Of a stretch of DNA of 64,000 nt, positions 47,269-59,135 are shown in pieces; position 1 is the stretch's first letter, and each line of letters starts with the position of its first letter. The notes beneath the pieces are model-generated. The model ran no database searches, was not told the origin of the DNA, and was given only the letters and a program-made list of their open reading frames with translations. The stretch is taken from NCBI GenBank assembly GCA_028534125.1, contig CM052845.1, positions 5,704,001-5,768,000 on the forward strand, in the 5' to 3' direction. The DNA is from Lama glama (Eukaryota). Position numbers and translations under genes: made by a program.

Positions 47269-50200
47269 ATAATAAGTTATTCCCTGCAGTCATGAGAGGG
47301 CCAGGATTTTATGCAAGCCCTAGGAAGATGAGCTTCCTTCTGCTTTGTCAATTTCAAGAGAAATCAATTGATTGACATTCTCTGGACATACATGTATCTA
47401 TCATAAAGCCACCTTCCAACACAGAATGTCTTTTGTTCAGTGAATATGGCAAAGAGTTCGGCTGGAACAGCTCATGCTGGATACTGGGAACATTGCCACT
47501 GGGTTGGAGAAATAATTCAATGGAAAGTTACCTGAAGGGAAGAAAAATTGCAGATAAAGGACTCCAACAATTCTGGTCAGATCTTAGGCAGGGAAAGAAC
47601 TGTCTACAAGTAGTAATGAAACACTAACACAAAGCATCACTTTTCCCAAAAACAAGATATGACTTTCCTGGATTGTTTTCAGTGATATTCCATGGCTTGG
47701 TAAATGATTTCTTCCTCTGCATGAAGATGTGGCAAGAAGATTAAAGTAACTATAAAGTATTTACTTTCATATAGCAACTAGCTAACCATGGAATGAAGTG
47801 TAACTCAGCTTGAAACAGATAGCATAATTTAAAGCAATTTTCTCTCTTGGAATTATATTTTTTGAACCACCTTGAAATTATTTTGCTAAAACAGGACAGC
47901 TAAAAAAAAAAATAAAGATCAGTGAAATCATCAACCCCCCATTTTATCTTGTTATATTAGTTTCTTTTATGTCTAAACCAATCATAACACCTTTTGAAGT
48001 AAAGAAAGATACAAGTTTTCTTTTTCCATTTAGGGAGGAGCTATATAGTTAGCAGTGAAAGACCAAATGAGAAAGGGTATGAGAGAAACTGGAAACAGAG
48101 TGTGTTACGAACATATGCTCTGCGGATGGAAAATCAAGAAATGATAATTCCCAGGGTAGAATCCCATGATGTCGATTGCTTTTGCTTGGCTTTTATGGCT
48201 TCATTCAGCACATGGTCATTGAGCACCTATTATACACAAATGATCATGCTAGATGTTCTATGAGATTGGATTTACGCTGTAGAAGATTTTCCTTCTAATC
48301 CTGGCTTCTGAAATATTTATGTATGTTTAGAAGGTTTGATCTCCATTGCAATTTAAGGCTCCCTCCACTTTCCCACCTCCTACGCACCATAGACACCTCT
48401 CAGGCACTTTTATAATTAGCTGCAAATGGCTGTGAATAAGGCACATCCTGGAACATATATAATGACTAACCTTCACGGGTCTATAAAATATTCAGTGGTT
48501 CAGTATTATTTCCCCTAGTTACATTAATCTAAGTTTGGAGTGAGGAAGGAAGCAGGGAAGATGAAACTGGACCTTTTAGCTGAGAAGCTGTGTTTCTCAA
48601 AGAGACTTAAGCCCTCCAGCTCATAACTTTTTGTTGGTGTAAGATCTACGATCAGCTTCACCATTTGGGGTAACAAGTAATGTCCCTTTTTTTTTTTCTG
48701 ATTAATTACTTAAACACCACTTCCTGTTGTAACTGACAGAATACTCAGCACTTGCCTCCTGATGACTTCCATCATCCCCAAATAATCCGAGAACCTCAGT
48801 GGGTCCCTTCAGAGTATGGTACAATAGTCCTGATTCCCTGTGTCAGAGTGAGTGTCTAAGTCCTAGGAACCCCAAATTTGGTACCTTCCCTGCCTTCCTA
48901 ATTAAAGTAGCTTTCTTAAGAGGGAGAATTGTCTACCTCCACACAATTTACTGTCTACTTCATGAGTTAGCAAACTGGGTTCTTGGCCAAATCCCTTGTC
49001 TATGCCCTCCCCTCCTTCACTCCCTCCTCCCACTCTTCTTCTAAGACAAAATTACTTAGTGCTTTGTTTCCTTAATGCCTTAGAGATGCTGTTCAGTTGC
49101 TTATTTTTGTTTGCTTATCTATTTACTTTTTGGTTTTTAAGATGGAGGTTAATTGAGGAGATTTGTGTAGGCTTGTGAGGAGCTCTGGGTGTTAGCAAGC
49201 TATTACCTTCTGAGATCCTTTTGTCCTGCCATGGAGTCATTCCACTTCAACATCACAATATCTGGTGTGCAGTGTCTGCAGAGAGTCTCTCTTAGATCAC
49301 TTAAATATCTATCTCATATTTCAGTACAGCTTGGGAAAGCCAAACACACCATTTGGCAGGTTCCTGCTCTGCGTTTGCTAAATCTTAATTTTTATCTTAA
49401 CAGATTAAACTCCTAGGTCCCCATTACTAAAAGCAAAGTTGAGGAGCTGTTGAGCTGTTTCGTAACCTTATGTTGTTAAGAAACAAAAGCAGCAACAACC
49501 GATTGGTTGTGGCTCCCACTGCGTGGAACGAGGACAGTGTGAAAGGCCGAGGTGTTGCCGGGCTTTCTGCTGTGGTCCTGCGTGGTGGTTGCAAAGAAGG
49601 CTGGCTGTAGTAAACCTGTGGCAAATTTGGAAACCACATTCTCGTCTCATTTTTTAGAAATGGATGTCAGAATAAGTAGAATTAGAGAAAAAAATATATG
49701 AAGTCCTTAGCCAGGTATAGCACTGAGAATCACTGAATATTTGAACCTAAAATATGGAAAAAACTTGGAAAATCATTACATTAATTTCATTTCTTCTTAT
49801 TTAGCATTTCTGGAAGATTAGACACAAAATGTCGGGAAGTTTCAATTAATTCTTGGTGAAATGGTTTGTTCCAAAGTCAGTGCTAGCAGTGGAAATCAAG
49901 AATTGAAACTAGAAGGGATATCATGAGGTGAATGTATGTGATGACCTTCAGTGTTCTGAATAATCTATTTTTTTCTTGACGACACCAGTTTCTCTTCGAT
50001 ATTAACACCTCCTCCTTGGCCCCCGAGCCTGAGATCCTGTAGAGGTCTTTTTGTAATTGTTTCCTAAGCAGGTCTTAAATTTTGAAGTTTCTCTTAAAAA
50101 AACAACAATAATAACAACAAAGTTCATACAGGTATGTTCAAATTTTATAGAAAAATTAAATATTTATTCCTTAAAGCCAGGAAACTTTCTGTAGTATTTA

Positions 50201-50579
50201 GACCAAGAATCAATTTTGGAGACAAATTGTGAGAACCTCTAAGGCAAGTTTCTAAAATGGAAATGTTGAAAACATCCTTGTAATGAAATTACCACCAGAA
50301 AAGGGAGCCAGCCTGTGAAAGGACGATTTTCCTTTTCTCAGATCTTTGCTCAGAACTGGAACTACTCCTTTGCCAACAGGAAGAGGGTCAGCTTTTGAGC
50401 TTTTTGTTGAAGAGAGAGCCCACAGCTGACACTAAAGTAAGACTCTGTCTATAGCAAAGACAGGAAAGAAAAGTGATTATTTCATTTTTTAAAAAATTTT
50501 ATTTGTGTGCAATTAAAAAAATTTCCCAACATATTATTAATGTTTATTAATAATTTGTAATTAATAATTTAGTAATTAA

Positions 50580-50810
50580 TTATTAAAAATTTAAATACAT
50601 TGTGAAGTTGAAAGGTTAGTAGAGCGACCCATTATGTACTCTCTACCTAGATTTTACAATCAACCTTTTACTTATTTTATTTTATACTGTCCATCAACCA
50701 TCCTTGTCCCCATCCATCAGTCCATCTTATTTTGTTGATGCGTTTTATACAAAGTTACAAAGTTAAATATTTTATACCATTACTTATGTTAGCATGAGTA
50801 TCATTAATTT
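50580..50810 (-). mobile_element. Old L1MC/ME 3' end fragment
   Basis: aagttgaaag ... ctacctagattttacaatcaacctttta ... tccatcttattttgttgatgc ... catgagtatcattaa. Confidence 0.65.
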
Positions 50811-50879
50811 GCTTGTTTTTATTCACTTACAATTCTGATTGCAAGAAAGCTTTGAAAAGAACCTAGATATTTTGAGGTA

Positions 50880-51330
50880 AAGCCACAGAAATGGTTTCCA
50901 TCCTCAACTTCTACAATTATTTTTGGTGTAGTATTAAAACGATCTTCAATGATCTAAAATGGCTATTAAAATACTCCTCCCTTCTCCACTCACATATCTG
51001 TCTGAGGGCAGTTTCTTCACATACAGCAACCAACAAACAAAGCAAAACCAAGTCCTAACAGATTAAACGCAGAAGCAAATATGAGAATCCCACTGACTTC
51101 TATTTAAGCCAAACATAAAAGAGATTTGCAAAAATGTAAAACAGTGTCATCCTTTTCATTAATTTTTTTTGTTTTTCTTAGTCACCCTCTATTAATTAAA
51201 TGGGTTTATTATTGCCATTTTAAAATAAATCAGTCATACTCAATTTTTTCCCAGTGTTCATTTCTAATAGGATATATGTCAGTAAATACAGCTTTATAAA
51301 CAAAAACTCATTGGCATACTTAATAATTCC
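50880..51330 (+). mobile_element. Charlie1-type hAT transposon 3' fragment
   Basis: ggctattaaaatactcctccctt ... cagattaaacgcagaagcaaatatgagaatcc ... aagagatttgcaaaaatgtaaaacagtg. Confidence 0.85.
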
Positions 51331-52141
51331 CTACTTGGTCCCATTGGCTTTCTGTCTTACAGATATAGGTCAAAATCTCCTGTCCAAAGACTCCCATTTT
51401 TCTACCACTGTCAGTACTTTTGTGGTTTTATTCCCTTTTAATAATTCTATGTAATAGAAGTAATACTACTGTATAATAGCTGCATAGTAGCGTTACTGTT
51501 ATTACTATCATTATCATGATAGTTTTTTCAGTAGAATTTGGGGTGAAACTGGAGTTTAATCACATGGTCACAAAAGCTGCTCTACTCAAAATAAATCATA
51601 TTTTCTAAAAAAAATTACTTTTTACATCAAATAGATAAACTGGGGTGTGATTTTTCCTCTTTTATGAAAGAATTAATTGATGTATGTGAGCAATCAAGAC
51701 ACATGTATATCCTTTAATATAATTTGTGTACATGTTCAGAGATAAAGTGTGAAGAACATGATGTAGTAGGGGAAAAAAAGCAAAATCCATGAGTCTTAAA
51801 AAAGTTACTGTGTAGCTGTGTTTTGAGCTATGACTTTACATTTTTGTGATTCAGCCCTCCCATTCGAAATGAAAGTCATGTCAAAGTTCCTGTAAGAGTC
51901 TTTTGAGCTGCACATTACTGTGGTGTTTTATGTCATTTAGTAATAAATGAAAAAAATCATCATCTTCTACATGAAAAACCTTTAGCTAGGAATGTTCAGG
52001 AACGTGAGATATAATTCTCACCCTCAAGAAATTTATAATTTGGGGGGATATGCAGAAAGTTTAAACAAAAGTTAAAAATAACAGTTAGTAATGGGAATTT
52101 TGAATTATCTTTCTTTTCCTTCTTCCTTTCTTTCTCTTTTC

Positions 52142-52688
52142 TGTGGGAATAAACAAAGACTAACCCAATGAGAAAACAAAGTCTGTTTACTTGGAGCTTG
52201 CTCTAGCAAGGGAGGCCGCCACGGTCATTTGCATTTTGGCAGAGACTCAAAGGCAGGCAGAGGAGTGGGAAGGCTTCACGGTGGACAAGAGGGAAGGCCT
52301 CAGGTAGGCTGTAATGGAAGGCTGTGGGCATCAGAAAGCTGTGGGCGGGCGGACTAGAAGTAAGGCATCCTATGCCATCGGTGAGGGGTGCATGTTTGAC
52401 TTTCTCTGGCTGGTGCTAAGTTGGAAGTGAGGACAACAATTAGAGAAGCTGTCAGTGGTTAATCAAACTCTGGCCATTTGAGGCTGATTGTTAGAGAAAT
52501 TATTGTTTAGCTTCCTAGATTGTTACTAGAGATAGTAATCTGACTTCCTCTAAGTCTTATTTGCAGCAGGCTGGCTTCCTGGGCTGCTTGTTGCAGATAA
52601 GAATTTGGTTTCTGGGCAAGTTGCTGTAAGTTGTGGGTCAAAATTCTATTTTTATGTAAGGTCTGGCCATTGTTATTTGTATATATAA
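52142..52688 (-). mobile_element. ERV1 solo LTR (MER89/MER90/MER110-like)
   Basis: gagcttgctctagcaagggag ... agagactcaaaggcaggcagaggagtgggaaggcttca ... gactttctctggctgg ... ggtctggccattg. Confidence 0.75.
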
Positions 52689-53884
52689 TCCCTTTCTTTT
52701 CTCTCCCCTCCTCCACATTGTTCCTTCCTTCTTTCCTTCCTGTTTTTTGGCTCCTTGAGAAGGAGAGGAAAAGGAGAAAGGAAAAAGGTGAAAGGAGAGA
52801 CAGAAAGAGAACAATGGTGGAAAAGAGTGAGTCTGGGACTTACGTGTCATCAAAGTGTCCCGAGGGTGACGTCAATAAAGGACATTTTTGAAAGGAGGAA
52901 GCTGAATGTTCAGATTGAAGTTATACATGTACTGCTTTGTGAATACCACCTCTGTCACTCTTTCCCTTCCTCAAACTGCAATCCCCAATGACCGTGTTCA
53001 GAAGACTGCACTAAAAAGCATATCTCTGTGTGTGTTGTTCTGTTTTGTCAAAAATGAGCAAGTAGTTAAGAGAGCTCACACAGAATCCTGGAGAGGTCAG
53101 GGAGATTAATCTTCAATTAGCATTCTCTGCCATGCCTGGTAAGCATCAAAGTTTGTTTTTGACCACAAAGAACTAAAAAGGGAAAGACATGGTTGGTTGA
53201 TCTGAAAACCTCAGCTGTAGTTGCTGAAATGCAGCAGATGACCTGGGTCTCACCTCCCCATTCTCATTTCCAGCAAGCTATCTTTGTCAGAACTGTCCCT
53301 CTGAGTCACAAAAATGCTTTTTGTGACATGTGTGAGTTTGCTGTTTAATACAGGCCCAACCAAGCTGTTTAAGCTCACACTTTTTTGGCTGTGATTTATC
53401 CCATTGTATAGTTCCCAGCCTTGTGTAACTCCACCCACTCAATATGCTTTCCTCTGGCCCCCTTGCAAGATTTCCATGTTAGATGTACAGCAAAGGTAAT
53501 AATAGTTTTTATAAAATAAACCAACCCCCCCCAAAAAAAACAACAGAGAAAGCCCAGAAAGTTTGACTTCTTTAGTTTTCCCCATGAATTCAGTTAGATC
53601 TTTGGGGGAAATAAAACATAAGAAAAAGAAAAATTACTAAAACCCACTTGGAAGTTTCTGATCCACTAAGCCACGTGAAACAGAGACTGGCTACTTCGAT
53701 CTTACCAAGGTGCCCATTCTCTTTTCATTGGGAAAGAGGAAAGCAGTGATTCCTCCAACCTTTCAGAATTTGAAATCTGTTATTTGATTTCTAAGCCACG
53801 TGCCTCCCTCCTTCTAAAACCTGTGCTTCATTCATGTGTTTGAATTTTAATTCCCTTTGAAGAACATTCCGTTGGAGAATATAT

Positions 53885-54120
53885 CAGTATGGCTCAGGGC
53901 ACTGGAGCCAGAGAGCATGGTTTTACATCCTGGCTCTGTCACTTACTAGCTGTGTGATCCTAAATGCGTTTTTAAACTTATCTGCACCTCAGTTTTCTTC
54001 ATTACTGAAATGGAATAATAACTGTTCCTGGCTCATTTGTTTTCAGTAGAGTTAAATGAGGTGATTTATAGAAAGTTCTTAGCTTAGTGTCGCCTTAGCA
54101 TATACCAGAGTCTTGATCAA
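53885..54120 (+). mobile_element. Near-full-length MIR
   Basis: ctggagccaga ... tcctggctctgtcacttactagctgtgtga ... cctcagttttcttc ... aaatggaataata. Confidence 0.9.
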
Positions 54121-55279
54121 TATTAAAAGTAAAGATGGGTTAAAAACTGGAGAAATGAGAATTACTGGTTTAATATGGTGTTCAAAAATATGGTAAAGTT
54201 TAAGGGAAAGAGAGACATTCAATAGGTAATGTATTTCTTTCAAACTTTCTGATACTGATTTTTTAAACTGTGTTCTTTAATTTCTTACTCTTGCCGAATT
54301 TAATCTGCTCCAACAAACAGATAGACACTATGTTTCATGCTTAGGTTATTATGGATATTATTTACATTTTCTGCTCCACAGCCCTGCCAGGGTTCTTTAT
54401 AATAATATAAATTATTATTTTTTGAAAGTTTTGTGGTTGTGATATAGGCTTTAGACTAAAGACTTATCGTAAAGAGCACATGACTATTAGAAACATTCAT
54501 TAATTAAAGTCCTGTTTATCTTCCTCTGGTCCTGTGGAACTATTTTTGTCTGTTTTTGAGGACTCCCAAATTTACTAAAATCATTATTGTGAGTGTTGAT
54601 TGTCCTATCAAGGGACCACTCCTGGTCAATATTATTAATTGAGTTAAATGTTTTGAAAGTTCCAGGAAACTCAAGCAACAAAGTAATTAAATGCTACAAT
54701 AAATTACTGTCATGACTCCAAGTATAACTGTCATCTCTGGGCCACCAGCTTGTCTGTTGACAACGTCATACCAACAGGACAAGTTTCTGTCCTGTTCATT
54801 TCTATATTCTCACAATCAGGCACTGTGACATATGGTGGGCATGTGAGATTTATTCAAATGAATTAAAATAAATGATCGCAGTTCCCTTTTTAAGAGCATA
54901 GCCATTATTGAACATCAAAGATTTGAGTAAAAGGAAACTATTCTCATTAGACTAAATAATAAGATTTCTTTCCTGCTGTGGGATATTGTGAATTTTGAAT
55001 TGAAAAGTAGGTGGTTTGGGAGATGAAAGGTTATTCCAGAATATTGAATTTATATAAAAAGCCCAATGATTAAGGTAAAAAAAAAAGAAACCAAAGAATC
55101 CAGTGTTTTTCTTAACTGGAAAAAAAATTGAGACTAAAAAGTCACTAAAAGATTTTGCTTGATTGAAATAGAAATGTGAAAAATAAAGAAAATAGAAAAA
55201 ATAGTGTTCTGGTTTATGGTTCATATTTTGAATATGATGTTATGGTCTTTAAATTTTCCTTTCCACCCACCCATTTATA

Positions 55280-56640
55280 CCTTCATCCATTTATCTCTTC
55301 AACAACAACAAAAATATGTATTGAGTTCTTACTAAAGGAAAGTCCCCAGTTAGATTCTGTCCAAGTTTCATGGAGCATCTGACCTTGTGTGGCAGTGGAG
55401 ATGAGACAGGGACATAACTACTAATGCCACTCTGTCCATGTGAAAATGAGGTCGGTGCTTTGAAGAAAAGGAATCTAGTTTAGCTGGTAAAAAGCTTGTC
55501 TCAGGAAGTGGTGGCTGAGTAGAAGTGGGGGTTGATTATGAATTCATTCAGTAAAACAAAGAGAAGAAGGATGTGCAGACGTAGGGAACTGCAAATGTCA
55601 AGTTCCTGTTACAGAGGGAATATGGCGCATTGGAAGGATTTCAGAAGGGCTAGATTCCAGAGAGGCAAAGAATATGTAGAAAGAGTCTTCAGAGCTGAAC
55701 CACAGTCTCATAAAGACATTCTATTTTCCTTATCCTTAGAGTAATAAGAAACACTAAAGCAACAGGAACAGGCAATTTGATATCTATTACTGTAAAGATG
55801 ACCACTTTGACTGGTTGCTTCTGTCGTTCTGGGAAACCTGGATACAGTTGTCAACTCATAATGACATAAGAAGGGGTAGGTTGGAATTTTAAGGACAATG
55901 AAGAAAGCGCAAAAGAGTTGTTGCAGAAAGTGGGGAAATGAGTCAACTGGAGACATACCGTGAGCCCATTTGAAGCTGACGGTTGTAAGTGTTGATGGGA
56001 TCAGTTTGCTTTTTGTACCAAGTATTGCCAGGCTACGGGGAGCAGTCATGGAGAAAGAAGACAGGAGAGGTCTTCCAGGTTGACGTTTGGCTGAAGTGGT
56101 TTAAAAAAAAAAAAAAACAGTGCAACAAAGGATATTGACAAAACAGATCACAGAACTTTGGCTGGATGATAGAGGAGTTTGGAAAAGCAGAGAGCAGGAC
56201 GTCTGGGACAATGTAAAGGGTTTAATGTGCAAGAAAACTAGATAAGCTGAAAGGCTTGTAGCAGGAATGAAAAACAAAAAGCCAACAAACGAAAGACAGG
56301 AGGGAAAATTGTAGTTACGTGTTGACATCTTGGAATTTGTGATTTTTGATAGGGAGCAAGTTCAGGAAGGGTCCAGGTCTGGGCCGTTTCTATGGGAGCA
56401 GGTAACCAAAGTGGAGAGGAAGAAAGTCATTGGAGATGAGACAACAAAAGACTAATAGGCCAGGCTGTGGTAGGATGCTGAACTTGCCCCAGGTGGTTTA
56501 GAACCTGGGGTAGTGTGGAGGATTTGTAATCAAGTCATAAAATATTGAATAAATGCTAATGAATGGCTGGTAGGCAGGTACATTGGCAGAGGACAGGGTG
56601 GGATGATCTGATAGCACAAACCCTGAACGACCGGAGCATT
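55280..56640 (-). mobile_element. L2 fragments (3' end plus internal part)
   Basis: aaaatatgtattgagttctta ... ggaagtggtggctgagt ... cagagggaatatggcgcattggaagga ... ccatttgaagctga ... gggatcagtttgc. Confidence 0.6.
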
Positions 56641-57954
56641 CAAGGTGATGGAAGAGACATGCACATTAAATTCTTACCTGTGATACATGTAACAAATGTT
56701 CCAGTAGTCATCAGTTGACCTCATGATAGAACAGAGGGTGCAAACTTGGGATGGGGGTCCAAAAAGGACCCCCCCGATGATATGCAATTTTAGCTCTTAC
56801 TACTAATTTGAAACATTGCAGTTAACATATTAGGATTCAATTGCCAATTCCTATCCCAAGAAGTATGTTCCTTGTAATGTTCCAAAGCAAGTCCTGTAGC
56901 AAGAAGACTTTACCTTCAAACACATTTCCTCCTCTCTTTTGCCCCCAAATTGTGCCTTAAATAAATAATACCCTTAATCTGATGACACCCTTTTCCGTGA
57001 TGTCAAAGCCTGAAAATTTTCATGGTCAGTGCATTGTTTCCAACACCACCAAGTAAGATGACGAATTCCCCAGAATATCTGAAGTCCATTGGGGGATTGC
57101 TGAGGGATCAGCTGGGGGCATTGTCCTAGGCATGCCTGTCAGAGGAATAACTGTCTTCATAATTATATAGCTTTCACATGCAAGTTCTTTTCAAATCTGT
57201 ATCTTCACTGGATGCACATGGTAAATGAGAAAATGCTTTTTGCTGCATTATTTCTGCCATCCTTACAGTTTCTGGCAAGTAATTTATTTAGTCGCTGTGT
57301 TGTTTCTAAGCATTATAGTCTTCTTTACTCACTCTTAATGTGTAAAGTGCTTTAAAAACCTTGCAACCATCAAAGTAAAAGATGCAGCAGAGTACAGTGC
57401 CCCATTCTCCAGCATTGCCACAGGGCTCAGTAATCTATAGATCATGTAATAATTTCATTTAGCAGCACAATAAAAGTCAAATTAGTTTCCATGAGACAGT
57501 TATGTATGATAATCTGGATTACCCTGGCCGCCTACTGACTTATTAGCATTGTAATGTTATTTCCGCTACTGGGATTCTGCTGGAATTTTTTCTTTCAGTT
57601 TATATTTATTGAATAATTATGAAAACTGAGTTCATAAAGTCTTGAAGAAGTGAATTTATACCAAAAAAAAAATGACTGCGCAGTGATAACAATCTTAACT
57701 TCCAATGTATCACTCTTTCCTTTAAAGAAGTTACTTTAACTGCCAGGGTTGCAAAGCAGTTGAAAATGTGCCTTCCTGAGTTTGCAGCTGAACACTAACA
57801 GCTAAAGCCTGTGTCTCTACTTGTTAGGACCAACATTTGCCAGAAGTTTTCAAAGCAGTGTCTTGACATAAGTCAGAATTCATGCAGAACTTAAATAATA
57901 AGAAATTTATTTGCCAGTGAGGGATTGATATGACTGCTTAAAAAGCCAGGACTT

Positions 57955-58350
57955 TTCAATGCAAATCCCAAACAAATCCTAGTGGACACTTCTGTAGAAA
58001 TTGACAAGCTTAATATTTACAAGAAAATGCAAAAGACCTGGCATGACCAAGGAATTTTTTAAAAGAATAACAAATTTAGAATTCTTCTTCTACCTAACTT
58101 CAACACTTACCATAAAGCTATAATAAATAATCAAGACAGTTTCTTTTTGGTGAAAAGATAGATCTGTAGATCAGTTGAACAATAGATATCCCCAGAAATA
58201 CACCCAAACATATATGGTCAACATATTTTTTGACAAATTACAAACGCAATTCAGTGGGAGAGAGGAAAGTGTTTTCAGTAAGTTGTGCTGGATCAATTTG
58301 ATATCCACATGAAAAAAAAAAAAACTAACCCTTATTCCACCTCAGCAAAG
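57955..58350 (+). mobile_element. Old L1 ORF2 (C-terminal region) fragment, frameshifted
   Basis: tgtagaaattgacaagct ... tacctaacttcaacacttaccataaagctata ... ccagaaatacacccaaacatatatggtcaac ... ttttgacaaa. Confidence 0.85.
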
Positions 58351-58479
58351 AAGATGAAAGTGTGAGCCAGAGAGACTTGAACTTGGGCACAACTTAAAAA
58401 TGTCTTTAAAAATTTCATTCAAATTATCGTAGTAATGAATAGTTACAAATTAGAACACACAAATCAGGGACATTATTAT

Positions 58480-58615
58480 TATTAATTGTGGGAGATTAGG
58501 CAAAGTGCTTTATCTGAGCCACACCTTTCTCAGCTAAAAACGGAGAGGAATGATGATTTCCCTCATAGTGTTGTTAGGAGGATACAAAACATGATTTATT
58601 TAATGTGCTGGACGT
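58480..58615 (+). mobile_element. MIR fragment
   Basis: tctgagccacacctttctcagctaaaaacggag ... cctcatagtgttgttaggaggat. Confidence 0.65.
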
Positions 58616-58864
58616 TCCAATTATTAATGCTTAACTTTAACTCAAGGTTTAGAGCTAATTTCCAAAGTATTGGAAGTACAGAAAACAGAGAAGTGAGGGG
58701 GGGAAATGACACCAAGAGGAAATAAATAGCCAAATCTAGAAAGTAAGAAAGTATTCTGCAGGATAACAGAGTAGGGTTTTGTTTATGTTTTGTTTTATTT
58801 TTTAAAATAAGTCTCTGCTATTGAAGGAGGAAAGAAAACAAACAAAAAGCTGTCTTCTAAAGCC

Positions 58865-59135
58865 AGAGCGAATGCCTGGATGTGTAGTCCTGTGTGATGC
58901 TTGGTCCTGGATTGATTCTGGTTTGGACATCTGACTGCAAAGACATTTTGTAAACAACTGAAGGAGCTGGAATATGGGCAGAATAGAGATGATGCTGAGA
59001 TTGCTGGTTATGTCCACTGTGATCGTGCGATTGAGGTGATATGGGAAAGGTTCTTGTTCTTCAAAGCTCTACACTGAAGTTTAAAAGAAAAGAATTCTGG
59101 GTATCTACCATCTACTCAAACTCATTAGAGAAAGA
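58865..59135 (+). mobile_element. Old L1MC/ME 3' UTR fragment
   Basis: ggtcctggattgattctggtttggac ... aaagacattttg ... tacactgaagtttaaa. Confidence 0.6.

Noticed and set aside
56753-56773. gggggtcc-aaaaa-ggaccccc hairpin as a terminator
   Set aside because: An 8-bp low-complexity stem is plausible by chance in 64 kb; there is no U tract and the context is eukaryotic.
57460-57482. tagcagcaca as a miR-15/16/195-family gene
   Set aside because: Only the first 10 nt match; the rest differs from family members and no complementary arm is visible.
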